Shown: positions 28,421 to 36,954 of the stretch, in pieces
How positions within the stretch are numbered: position 1 is the first letter of the stretch
How the letters are laid out: each line of letters begins with the position of its first letter
DNA from: a virus
Length of the DNA stretch: 64,000 nt
Virus record (IMG/VR): IMGVR_UViG_3300020221_000005
Location: 1-64,000 of that record
Direction: 5' to 3' (one strand)
The notes under the pieces: generated by a model
Seen by the model: only the letters and a program-made list of their open reading frames with translations
Database searches by the model: none
What the model was told of the DNA's origin: nothing
Made by a program: the position numbers and the translations under genes

Positions 28421-28465
28421 AAAAACAGTCGACTTTGTATAAAAATCCTCTATACTGTTTTTACA

Positions 28466-28735
28466 GTGAAAATTGAAAATTACATCGGACCTAAAATGAA
28501 AGCAACCATTGCTCCTCTCGAAATCGCTGTGAACCACACTGTTCGCCCCGATGTGGGACGTGAATTTATCTCCTTCTCGATCACTGGTTGGGATGACGTT
28601 AAGAAATTAACTAAAAAGGTGCTTGTCTATGACGGACGTAAGTTTGTGTTCTCCTGCTGGGATTCCGACAGAATGGAGTGCGTGTTCTATCGCATGTTGG
28701 ATGGTTCGACAATCACCGCGAAAATTGCAAAATAA
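28466..28735 (+). CDS. hypothetical protein
   Basis: after TCGACT..TATACT promoter. Confidence 0.7.
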   Translation: MKIENYIGPKMKATIAPLEIAVNHTVRPDVGREFISFSITGWDDVKKLTKKVLVYDGRKFVFSCWDSDRMECVFYRMLDGSTITAKIAK

Positions 28736-28738
28736 TCT

Positions 28739-29512
28739 ATGAAAAGTGTTAAAATAAAAAGCAAGTGTGGCACAACAATGGAAATACTATCATTCGATCC
28801 TGTATTAGAACTATTCTATTGTTTTATGCCTGTTTTAAAGAAGACTTTTAGTATTCATTCTTCTGGCATTGACATTGATGAAGAAAAACTAGATACTCTT
28901 AAAGAGGAGATGACAAATAAAACCAACCTACAACGTCTTACTGTGGGCAGCTGTCTTGCTGTCTCAAACCTCATAGACAAGACCGTTCGTTATACGACGA
29001 CTGGAAAAACTTTCTCCATCGACGTTTTAGAGAGCGATTACGGAAACAAATCGAAGGCGAATAATCTCATTACCATGCATTCTGTTAGCTGTGCTCGCAA
29101 GGCATCTTTTGACGAATTTGTGTCTATGGTAGACAATGACTACTTCGAGGAATTTGTGTATTTGTTCACCCCTGGTCGCGGCTGGACCACTCTTTACCCA
29201 CTGTTGGATATGAGCGGCGGACATAAGAAATCACCAGTAACAGAATACGTTATTTCTCGCCTTAACAAGATAGCGCCAGGTTTTCTATTATTTCCAAAGG
29301 ATTTTCAATGGCTTTTGGAACTAAACCGTTGCCATGGAAAGACGAAGATCACGAATGAAAGTCTAGTATCGGCAATGCGTAAGGCTCTGCCAAAGGAAAC
29401 GGAAAAATACTCTAAGAAATATGATAAATTCCCCGCAATGTGCGATCCGTGGGAGCTACTGATCGAAGCGGGGATTTGTGATATACACACTATTGCGACA
29501 AAAAATTTATGA
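28739..29512 (+). CDS. hypothetical, possibly mosaic protein
   Basis: 257-aa ORF. Confidence 0.65.
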   Translation: MKSVKIKSKCGTTMEILSFDPVLELFYCFMPVLKKTFSIHSSGIDIDEEKLDTLKEEMTNKTNLQRLTVGSCLAVSNLIDKTVRYTTTGKTFSIDVLESDYGNKSKANNLITMHSVSCARKASFDEFVSMVDNDYFEEFVYLFTPGRGWTTLYPLLDMSGGHKKSPVTEYVISRLNKIAPGFLLFPKDFQWLLELNRCHGKTKITNESLVSAMRKALPKETEKYSKKYDKFPAMCDPWELLIEAGICDIHTIATKNL

Positions 29513-29700
29513 AAAGAGTAATTATTGACAATAAATACACTTATGAAACCAACATACCACGTCTTCGTGTGGGCAACAAAGTCGTCCTTCCTACGCCGTA
29601 TTGGTTAAGAGATGTTCGGGGGAACACGTGGATAGGACGAATCACTTCCATGACCAGCACTTATGAGGGATATTGTGAAAAAATTATCAGTAGAGCTTGA
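29509..29700 (+). CDS. hypothetical protein
   Basis: ATGA overlap. Confidence 0.65.
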   Translation: MKRVIIDNKYTYETNIPRLRVGNKVVLPTPYWLRDVRGNTWIGRITSMTSTYEGYCEKIISRA

Positions 29701-29759
29701 CAAATCCAACCCAATCTGTTAAAAGTAATAATAAATAGTATTCAACAATAAAACCTACT

Positions 29760-30275
29760 ATGCCAAACTGGTGCAATAATCAAATTGAAATTACCGCAAC
29801 CTCTCCACAAGAGTTTAAGAAATTCCATGAACATATGGGAGATTATTTTTCTTTTGAACGAATCGTTCCCACGCCGCTTGCTGCGGATGGTAAAGTTATA
29901 GAGAACTGGTACACTTGGCGGCTCGAACATTGGGGAACCAAGTGGGACTTGGAGAAGGAAGAATTTCTTGCTGGGAATCAAGATGCTTGGAAATTTTCTG
30001 ATACGGATGATTCTGTGACTTTGAATTTCGATACCGCTTGGGGGCCACCAATCGAAGCCTTAAAAAATTTGGTGGAGAAGTTTCCTGCGCTCACGATAGA
30101 CCTTAAGTATTTTGAACCGGGAATGGCTTTCGGCGGCGTGGCGAATTTTTCTGCGCGAGATGGTTTTACTGAACGATGTTACAAAAGCCATGAGCCAGAA
30201 TATGCAGAGCTTGTCGAGGATTTTTCTTACCAAGACGAAAATCTTTCGCCAGATCAAGACGAAGGAAAACTTTAA
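29760..30275 (+). CDS. DUF1281/Api92-like (YubB ferredoxin-like) protein
   Basis: MPNWC.N, NWYTWRLEHWGTKWD, FDTAWGPP, YFEPGM. Confidence 0.8.
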   Translation: MPNWCNNQIEITATSPQEFKKFHEHMGDYFSFERIVPTPLAADGKVIENWYTWRLEHWGTKWDLEKEEFLAGNQDAWKFSDTDDSVTLNFDTAWGPPIEALKNLVEKFPALTIDLKYFEPGMAFGGVANFSARDGFTERCYKSHEPEYAELVEDFSYQDENLSPDQDEGKL

Positions 30276-30339
30276 GAAAATCTTTAATTCGACATCAAGG
30301 GCTTGACATTTTATAAAAAGTAGATAAACTGTTTGCACA

Positions 30340-30450
30340 ATGAATAACGCAACCGACCCCAACAACTCTAAGCTCGACCCGCAAGATGAGGATGACTTCG
30401 CGCTGATGGTGATGGTTTTACTGATAGTGGTGGTGGTGATGTTCTGGTGA
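30340..30450 (+). CDS. 36-aa single-pass membrane peptide (not in track)
   Basis: near-leaderless after promoter 30303; FALMVMVLLIVVVVMFW. Confidence 0.5.
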   Translation: MNNATDPNNSKLDPQDEDDFALMVMVLLIVVVVMFW

Positions 30451-30547
30451 CGGGTCGGGCGTGGATGACTTCGCGGAATTTCGTCATCGTGTGTATGGTG
30501 AGCCGTTGCCGGCTTGACATTTTATAAAAAGTAGATAAACTAGTCAC

Positions 30548-30630
30548 AGTTGAGATGCGACCGACCGAAAGGCGTCAAGAGTAGGGGACCAGGGGGTGCG
30601 CAAATTACTTTACTGAAAATAAAGTAAAAT
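30548..30630 (+). ncRNA. Repeated phage sRNA family, hybrid copy on + strand (copy 6)
   Basis: TTGACA-16-TAAACT (30514-30541); core 30553-30591; 3' tail shared with 20038-20075. Confidence 0.65.
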
Positions 30631-30672
30631 AAGTCTTGTGTTTTTTTAAATATAAAATATACTGTTTGCACA

Positions 30673-30996
30673 ATGAAAGTTACTCAAGCCTCCATCAAGA
30701 ACTTCCTCAAGAACAAGTTGGCCACTGATAAGTCGTGGGCCACACGAGCTCTCGTTCGAATCCACCAACGTCAAACTCTCGCCGAACAGTCGTGCCAACA
30801 CACTATCGAGGCCAACGGCGTCGGTTTCAGTGGTTGTGACGCTGAGATTTTGTCTTCTTTTGCTGATCAATTTAATAAAAGAGGTTCGCTTTCTGAGAAA
30901 CAGATGAAGTTAGTGTTCAGAAAGATGCCTCGTTACTGGCAGCAAATCAAGTCGTTGATCGATCCGGCCGTCTTGGAGAAGATGGTAACGGCTTGA
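30673..30996 (+). CDS. conserved phage protein (RQT..NGVGF..DAEILSSFA..LSEKQ)
   Basis: motif. Confidence 0.75.
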   Translation: MKVTQASIKNFLKNKLATDKSWATRALVRIHQRQTLAEQSCQHTIEANGVGFSGCDAEILSSFADQFNKRGSLSEKQMKLVFRKMPRYWQQIKSLIDPAVLEKMVTA

Positions 30997-31029
30997 CTTT
31001 TTTTAAAATTCATATATACTATTCTAACA

Positions 31030-31335
31030 ATGAAACTATTCACTAAAGAAATCAACGAAAAACTCGTTAAGTGTGGATATGAAAATCGTCGTCCCATCTT
31101 CAAACTGTTCACTCCCTGGTCCAATTGTACGTGGTTGGTGACGGGTGAAGAAGACGGAAATTTAATTGGATATTGCGATCTTGGAATGGGTTGTGTGGAA
31201 TTTGGTGCATTTTCAAATAGAGAAGAAATAGAGTCTATTCGTGGTCCGTTCGGACTCACCATTGAACGTGATCTTCATTGGCAAGACGATGACAAGACCG
31301 ATTACGAAACACGAGAAAGTCTCATGGGAGTTTGA
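31030..31335 (+). CDS. DUF2958-like protein
   Basis: KLFTPWSNCTWLVT, GYCDLGMGCVEFG, IERDLHW. Confidence 0.75.
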   Translation: MKLFTKEINEKLVKCGYENRRPIFKLFTPWSNCTWLVTGEEDGNLIGYCDLGMGCVEFGAFSNREEIESIRGPFGLTIERDLHWQDDDKTDYETRESLMGV

Positions 31336-31375
31336 GGCTTGACTTTTTTTAAAATTTATCTATACTATTCTAACA

Positions 31376-31540
31376 ATGAAACACATTCCTAAAGTTCGTA
31401 ATTGGAAGGTTCGTGAGCTTGAGACTAACAAGATAGTCATCATTTCCACCATCAACAAACGTCTGGCTCGTTGGGTTGCAACAACAGTCTTCAGTTTCTA
31501 CGGAACTAAGGTGGTATCTCTTTGTAAATCGAACGTTTAA
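31376..31540 (+). CDS. small basic protein (54 aa, not in track)
   Basis: near-leaderless after promoter 31339. Confidence 0.6.
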   Translation: MKHIPKVRNWKVRELETNKIVIISTINKRLARWVATTVFSFYGTKVVSLCKSNV

Positions 31541-31602
31541 CCAAAAACAAATAAGAAATTGGGGCTTGACTTATTTCAAAATCCTGATATTCTATTTACA
31601 CA

Positions 31603-31917
31603 ATGAATATCTATCATGAATCAAGAAACGCCGTGTATCAAGACCACGGTGACGGTTCCCTCACTCAACTTCTCAAACGAAAGTGTTCAATCGTTTCCAC
31701 CATCGGATTCTTTCGGAATGACTCTGAAGGTCAGAAACTTGCGAAGGAACTGACTAAGTTTGTCAAAGAACAGTTTGGTTGGAGCGTGTATCGTCTCTAC
31801 CGTTGTCCCACGGATGGTCGAACGTATGACGCTACCACCAAGAAAAGTCAACGGAGTTCTCGTCGCGGTTCAATCAAGAAACAGGACGCAAAGGTGTTGG
31901 TTCTTCTGAAAAATTAA
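31603..31917 (+). CDS. basic protein, paralog of 26297..26617
   Basis: IYHE..GDGSLT..LYRCPTDGRTYD..SRRGSI. Confidence 0.75.
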   Translation: MNIYHESRNAVYQDHGDGSLTQLLKRKCSIVSTIGFFRNDSEGQKLAKELTKFVKEQFGWSVYRLYRCPTDGRTYDATTKKSQRSSRRGSIKKQDAKVLVLLKN

Positions 31918-31927
31918 AGTTATACTT

Positions 31928-32275
31928 ATGGGTTATACACATTACTGGAGAAACAAAGTTTCGTTCACCGACGCTGAATGGAATACGATGGTGGAACGGT
32001 TCAACAAAGAAGTTCTCCCCTTCTACGACATCGCCGGACCTGATTCTCACGGTGTTCCGATTGTTGACCGTAACAAAATCTTTTTCAACGGCACCGAGAA
32101 AGATGGTGCGTGTGAATCGTTAGTGTTCCACAAAAAGGCTATAGACTTCGAGTTTTGCAAGACTCGTCGACTTCCCTACGACGCTGCGGTAGTCAAGACG
32201 TTGAAAATTGCTCGTGAAGTTCACCCTCAAATTCAACTTTCCTCTGACGGTGGAACGGAAGTGTTTGAAAATTAA
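31928..32275 (+). CDS. conserved phage protein (MGYTHYW...FCKTRRLPYD)
   Basis: motif. Confidence 0.75.
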   Translation: MGYTHYWRNKVSFTDAEWNTMVERFNKEVLPFYDIAGPDSHGVPIVDRNKIFFNGTEKDGACESLVFHKKAIDFEFCKTRRLPYDAAVVKTLKIAREVHPQIQLSSDGGTEVFEN

Positions 32276-32358
32276 AGAAAATCAAATCCCCTCTTTTGAA
32301 ATTAATAAAATTGAGGTTTGACTTATTTTAGAATCTTGATATTCTATCTCTACAATTT

Positions 32359-32961
32359 ATGATGAGACAACTCAAAATCGGAGATAAAGTAGAATGTTTT
32401 GGAATTAGCTCACCAAAATGGTGGGAGTTTTGCTATCTAAAACCCAAATGGTTATGGGAAGATTTTAGTTATTGGTGCAAGAAACAATACCAAAGAATAC
32501 GTTATGGCTTTCCGCTCGAAGAAAGTTGGGATTTTAGAAGTCATTGCGCCAAATGGGTTTTGCCAAGATTAAAAAAATTAAGAGAAGATACATTGAGTTA
32601 TCCAAGCCGTCTATCCAATTCAGATGAGACTTCAAGGTATTTTTCAAATCAAAGATATTTTTCCTTTTACAAAGATGTTAGCAAAGACGACTCTAAAACG
32701 CAAGAATTCGGCGCACTAAAATGGAATGAGATATTGGACAAAATCATTTGGTCGTTTGAACATATAAATGATGATGTTGACCCAATTTATCCTGAGAATT
32801 ATGATAGTCGTCACATTGTAGTTGACATTTCAGAAAAAGGAACTGCATTTAGACTAGCAGATGATAGAAAAATTGACTGGTCCCCAATTGAAGCCCATCA
32901 AAGACGACTTCAAGAAGGATTTGAATTATTTGGAAAACACTACGAAAATCTTTGGGAGTAA
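32359..32961 (+). CDS. conserved phage protein (..WNEILDKIIWSFE..EGFELFGKHYENLW)
   Basis: motif. Confidence 0.7.
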   Translation: MMRQLKIGDKVECFGISSPKWWEFCYLKPKWLWEDFSYWCKKQYQRIRYGFPLEESWDFRSHCAKWVLPRLKKLREDTLSYPSRLSNSDETSRYFSNQRYFSFYKDVSKDDSKTQEFGALKWNEILDKIIWSFEHINDDVDPIYPENYDSRHIVVDISEKGTAFRLADDRKIDWSPIEAHQRRLQEGFELFGKHYENLWE

Positions 32962-32962
32962 T

Positions 32963-33136
32963 ATGACTGAAAATCTATCAAAAGAAAATAAAAAATATCT
33001 CGATAGCGTAAAATTTAAAATTCAAGAGTTGCAAAGCCAACAAGATGATCTTTACAAACTTGCAATAAAAACTCTTGAAATTGAAGATACCGACGAGGTT
33101 TTTGATTACGTTTTTAACTCAAGAAATGATCAGTGA
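32963..33136 (+). CDS. hypothetical protein
   Basis: start moved to ATG 32963. Confidence 0.6.
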   Translation: MTENLSKENKKYLDSVKFKIQELQSQQDDLYKLAIKTLEIEDTDEVFDYVFNSRNDQ

Positions 33137-33233
33137 TAACGTAAATCGTTACGTTAAAGTGGTTTACAACTTTCGCAATAATAATAATAAAAGGACTTGA
33201 CTCTTTAGAAAAACCCTCTATACTGTTTCCACA

Positions 33234-33479
33234 ATGAATATTGAAACTACTAATCAAACCGTTGACCAAACCATGAATACCACCGTTGACCAAACCGTTG
33301 ACCAAACCACGAATACCACCGTCGAAGTGCCTGTTATGACCTATGAGGAAAAGATGAACTTTCTCCAAGCAATTCGTGTCGAAATTGGTTTGGAGAAAAA
33401 TAATTCTTCTTCCGAAGAATTCGTCGACGAATCTCCAAAGGGTAAATACATCGACTTTTACAACATCGGAACCATCTAA
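33234..33479 (+). CDS. hypothetical protein with TVDQ repeats
   Basis: ACCGTTGACCAA repeats; after promoter 33197. Confidence 0.65.
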   Translation: MNIETTNQTVDQTMNTTVDQTVDQTTNTTVEVPVMTYEEKMNFLQAIRVEIGLEKNNSSSEEFVDESPKGKYIDFYNIGTI

Positions 33480-33528
33480 CAAACAAGAGGCTTGACAGTT
33501 TATAAAAAGTAGATAAACTGTTTGCACA

Positions 33529-33699
33529 ATGAAAGATGAACGAACAAAATACGCCTCGTTGATTTACTTCTCCGAAGGTGTTGACCCGGAACGAATCAAA
33601 CGGTGGATCAAGGCCCTCGAAGAAAAGGGCGTGATTGACGACAGCCGCACCCTCGACTACAACCCCGACCACGGCGAGCCGGTTTGGTATATCCCCTGA
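33529..33699 (+). CDS. hypothetical protein (56 aa, not in track)
   Basis: MKDERTKYASLIYF...HGEPVWYIP; near-leaderless after promoter 33492. Confidence 0.7.
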   Translation: MKDERTKYASLIYFSEGVDPERIKRWIKALEEKGVIDDSRTLDYNPDHGEPVWYIP

Positions 33700-33705
33700 T
33701 ACATT

Positions 33706-34077
33706 ATGAAAGTCTATTCCCTACCCAAAGACCTCCCCGCACCAGAGCCTGATTACAAGAACTGGGACTCCAAGAAGGAGCAGGCCCGTGAACAGAACCA
33801 CACTGATAAACTCAAGGAACATCTGTTGAAACAAGGTTTCACCGGCAAAATGACCGGCAAAATCTATCGTGAAGGCGTCGGTGATGGATATGCGCTTTAC
33901 ATGGTGGCGGATGTTCCCAAGGAAGTCAAAACGTCCCAATCCTTCCTCGTCCACCTTCCTTACGGTGACGCCTATCAGTCTCGTAACGTCAGTTTCATTC
34001 CCAAGACGGAAATCTTTCGCCGGATTAAAACAAAGGAAAACTTTAAGAAAATCTTTAATTCGACACCAAGGGCTTGA
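33706..34077 (+). CDS. hypothetical protein (GDGYALYMV..HLPYGDAYQ)
   Basis: ORF; 3' end duplicated at 30230-30344. Confidence 0.75.
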   Translation: MKVYSLPKDLPAPEPDYKNWDSKKEQAREQNHTDKLKEHLLKQGFTGKMTGKIYREGVGDGYALYMVADVPKEVKTSQSFLVHLPYGDAYQSRNVSFIPKTEIFRRIKTKENFKKIFNSTPRA

Positions 34078-34110
34078 CATTTTATAAAAAGTAGATAAAC
34101 TGTTTGCACA

Positions 34111-34347
34111 ATGAAATCCTATCTGACCATCGAAATGGGTAACGGTGCCACCTACCGCAACAACAAGTATACCGTCTACGAGCACTCTACCTACCCCCGC
34201 AGTAGTGTGCTGTCGGGTCAACGTCGTCGTGTTTGGCTTGATGACTTTGACACTCTGTCAGAGGCTCAAGCAGCCTATCCGAACGCGGAAGTGAGCGGTG
34301 ACACCTACCAAGAACCTTATTTGGAACATCTTTCCGACGATCAATAA
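34111..34347 (+). CDS. hypothetical protein (YPRSSVLSGQ type)
   Basis: near-leaderless after promoter 34074. Confidence 0.75.
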   Translation: MKSYLTIEMGNGATYRNNKYTVYEHSTYPRSSVLSGQRRRVWLDDFDTLSEAQAAYPNAEVSGDTYQEPYLEHLSDDQ

Positions 34348-34393
34348 CGATAGGGCTTGACTTATTTTAATAAACTGTTATTCTATTTTCACA

Positions 34394-34606
34394 ATGAACA
34401 ACGAACTAATCACGAAAGCGCTCATCAAATTCCCCAAGGCTAAAAAGATCGCCGTTGAAAACTTCACCATGGGTTATGACAGCCTCTCCATGGAAGCTTC
34501 CATGAATTTAGAAATGGATGCCCATTGCTACAAGTGGAATACTCATACCGTTGGTGCAATTCGGTGGGTGTTGAATCGTAAACACACTTACTCAACCGTT
34601 CGTTAA
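34394..34606 (+). CDS. hypothetical protein
   Basis: after promoter 34357. Confidence 0.7.
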   Translation: MNNELITKALIKFPKAKKIAVENFTMGYDSLSMEASMNLEMDAHCYKWNTHTVGAIRWVLNRKHTYSTVR

Positions 34607-34674
34607 AATTCCACAAACAAATTAAAAGAATAATTGGTTGACTTTCTATAAAATAAGTCCATACTGTCTGAAAC

Positions 34675-35259
34675 ATGAAAACACTCGAAACACAGTTTGT
34701 CAGCGGCGAAGGTGGATTTTCTGCCAATCCTCTAACCTATACCCAAGTTCAACGTAATGGAAAATTCGCAGTCTATGAACGTTGCTGTGACGGTAAAGTA
34801 AAAGACTACGAAACCATCGTCATTCGTACCCTCAAAGCAGGTACCAAAATCTTCAAACAAACCCTCGCCGAAGACGAAGAACGATATCCCGGAACTTCTC
34901 AATGGGGACATTATGCCTGGTCGTTCGGAAACAAATCCGCCGCAATCAATAAACTCAATCAGTTGGTCAAATCAGAATCTACACCCGTCATTCCTAAAGA
35001 ACAATTCAAAGCCGTCGTTCTAACTCCCAAGAAATTCAAAGGCCGACCCAAAACAATTCGACCCACTCTATCCCTACCCACTCAACACGACGGATTTACC
35101 ATGAAACAATTGCTCAAGGTCAATCCACAATGGACCCAACCACTCGCCTATATGGAAATTAAAAAACTCGTATCCACTGGTCGCATCGTCATCGCCGATC
35201 GAGTAAAATCCAAGTCAGCTCGTGGCCGAGCTTCAGTGGTTTATAAAATAATTGATTAA
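34675..35259 (+). CDS. hypothetical protein with basic, possibly DNA-binding C-terminus
   Basis: KGRPK, RGR; YPGTSQWGHYAWSF. Confidence 0.7.
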   Translation: MKTLETQFVSGEGGFSANPLTYTQVQRNGKFAVYERCCDGKVKDYETIVIRTLKAGTKIFKQTLAEDEERYPGTSQWGHYAWSFGNKSAAINKLNQLVKSESTPVIPKEQFKAVVLTPKKFKGRPKTIRPTLSLPTQHDGFTMKQLLKVNPQWTQPLAYMEIKKLVSTGRIVIADRVKSKSARGRASVVYKIID

Positions 35260-35369
35260 CTCTGTATCAATTTAAAAATTGTGAAAGAAATCTTAGCGAT
35301 CTTTATTATCGTAATAATCTTCGCGGTAATCCTAATCATATCTTTAGACTCAGTTGATTGAGATAATTA

Positions 35370-36000
35370 TTATTACCCCCCACATTATAAAATATAAAAA
35401 CCCTCCCACAAACTCAAACACCTATGCCCTCCTACCATAACTAACCACCCTTGTTTATTATCCCCTCCACCGCTCTTTGCCCCCAAACATTGCTATTAAG
35501 ACCACCCCACCCAACAAATACCCACCGCGAGGAGCCTACCAAACATATATGCTCCCCCACCCCCTGGCCCCGAAGAATACCCCTAAAATGACGGTACCCC
35601 CCTACTTCTGAATAGGGGGTCCCCCAACCCCAACTTTGGGCCAGAGTCACCCGACACACACCGAGTATTTTTTATAAGACTTTTTTTTTATAAAAAGCGT
35701 ATTTTGTTATATAGTTTTTTGTTTATTTGTTAATTTTTTGAAAAAAACCGGGGGGAAAATTTTTTATAGGGGAGATTTTAAGTTAGATATTTGTTTTATT
35801 TTTGATTTTGTGATAAAATCTGGAGATATTTTATAATTTTACGAGATAAAATAAGCGGCAGTTGGTGGAGTAAATATTTTTTTGTGAGAGGTGGTGTAAA
35901 AGGTATATTTTTTATAGATTTGGGATATATTGTAGGTGTGTGGTGGTAGATTTTTGATTATTTTATATTTTTATAAGTTATTGGTTATTAATGAGTTACA
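35370..36000. other. non-coding strand-asymmetry switch (C-rich to G/T-rich), candidate origin or packaging site
   Basis: 35370-35665 dominated by C runs; from ~35666 T/G dominated. Confidence 0.6.
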
Positions 36001-36106
36001 GTTTGTGATATTATTATAATTGATGTTTTTGTTATATAGGATATAGTTATCCACGATTGAAATTGAATGTGTAATTTAGTTTCGATTAAATGAAAAGGAA
36101 AAAAAT

Positions 36107-36874
36107 ATGATAAAAACAGTAAAAAATATAGTAATAATGTTGATTATGTTGACAGGTTTTAATGAACTGTCAGCTGCGTCTGCAAATGCGACTAGTAATG
36201 TGGTTGCGGATCCATTAACGGCTCGTGCGGTTGCAAAGCCAGAATTTGTAGTGACTCCTAGAGTTGCGTTTGATTCTGGTTATACGACGCGTGCGAATCA
36301 TCTTGGTTTGCAATTTCAAAAGAACAGTGCGTTTGTGGCTTCCACGATTGCGTTAGAAAACTCTTTTTTGACGCCACAGTTGGGAGTTACGTATTTTATT
36401 CGTGGCGAGAACGCTGAACAGGCGGTTTTTGATGCGAATGTTTCACGTAAGCTTGGAAACGGTGCGATTGAAGTTACTGCGGTAGGTGGTGTTGAGAAGC
36501 GTATGATAGGTGGTGCGTTTAGCGATACTTTTACTGCGTATGGTGGATTTCGTTTGAACAAGTTTCCGATATTGACTACATTGGCGACTCCATATGTGAG
36601 GGTGGCGCGTGATTTTGACACGCAATTGTTTGGTGCTACCTTGGGAGTTGATCGTACTTTTACCTTGGGGCAGGTTGAGTTAACTCCTAGAGTTGAGGCA
36701 TATTTGTATGACAAGCATACAAGTTACACTGCTGGTGGTACGTTAGCTTATACCGGAGTCAAGTATTTGAAGCCATATATTGATATTGGGTATGTGACGT
36801 CTGATACGGCTTTGGCTGCACGTAGGTTTGATGGAAATTTGGCTTTTACCACTGGTGTTAAAGTAAGTTTCTAA
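36107..36874 (+). CDS. outer-membrane beta-barrel protein
   Basis: signal peptide, alternating amphipathic strands, C-terminal GVKVSF. Confidence 0.75.
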   Translation: MIKTVKNIVIMLIMLTGFNELSAASANATSNVVADPLTARAVAKPEFVVTPRVAFDSGYTTRANHLGLQFQKNSAFVASTIALENSFLTPQLGVTYFIRGENAEQAVFDANVSRKLGNGAIEVTAVGGVEKRMIGGAFSDTFTAYGGFRLNKFPILTTLATPYVRVARDFDTQLFGATLGVDRTFTLGQVELTPRVEAYLYDKHTSYTAGGTLAYTGVKYLKPYIDIGYVTSDTALAARRFDGNLAFTTGVKVSF

Positions 36875-36901
36875 AAAGCAAGTGAAAGTTAAATAATGAG
36901 A

Positions 36902-36938
36902 TAAACCGTTGAATTTTTTCGACGGTTTATTTTTTTTT
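36902..36938 (+). terminator. intrinsic terminator
   Basis: AAACCGTTGAA/TTCGACGGTTT + T run. Confidence 0.75.
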
Positions 36939-36954
36939 AAAATATTTATTTAAT

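Larger units (their letters stand above)
2620..34675 (+). promoter_or_regulatory. Array of more than 35 sigma70-type early promoters (TTGACA/TTGACT, mostly 16-bp spacer, TAAACT/TATACT/TAGGAT etc.)
   Basis: approximate -35 positions: 2620, 2894, 8207, 8738, 9869, 10222, 11370, 11688, 12395, 14641, 20391, 23636, 25018, 25420, 26260, 27060, 27557, 30303, 30514, 30993, 31339, 33197, 33492, 34074, 34357, 34638; minus-strand copies near 18208, 18643, 19999. Confidence 0.9.

Noticed and set aside
35441-35659. 72-aa G/W-rich minus ORF (and 94..303 on +)
   Set aside because: By-products of extreme strand skew in probably non-coding DNA
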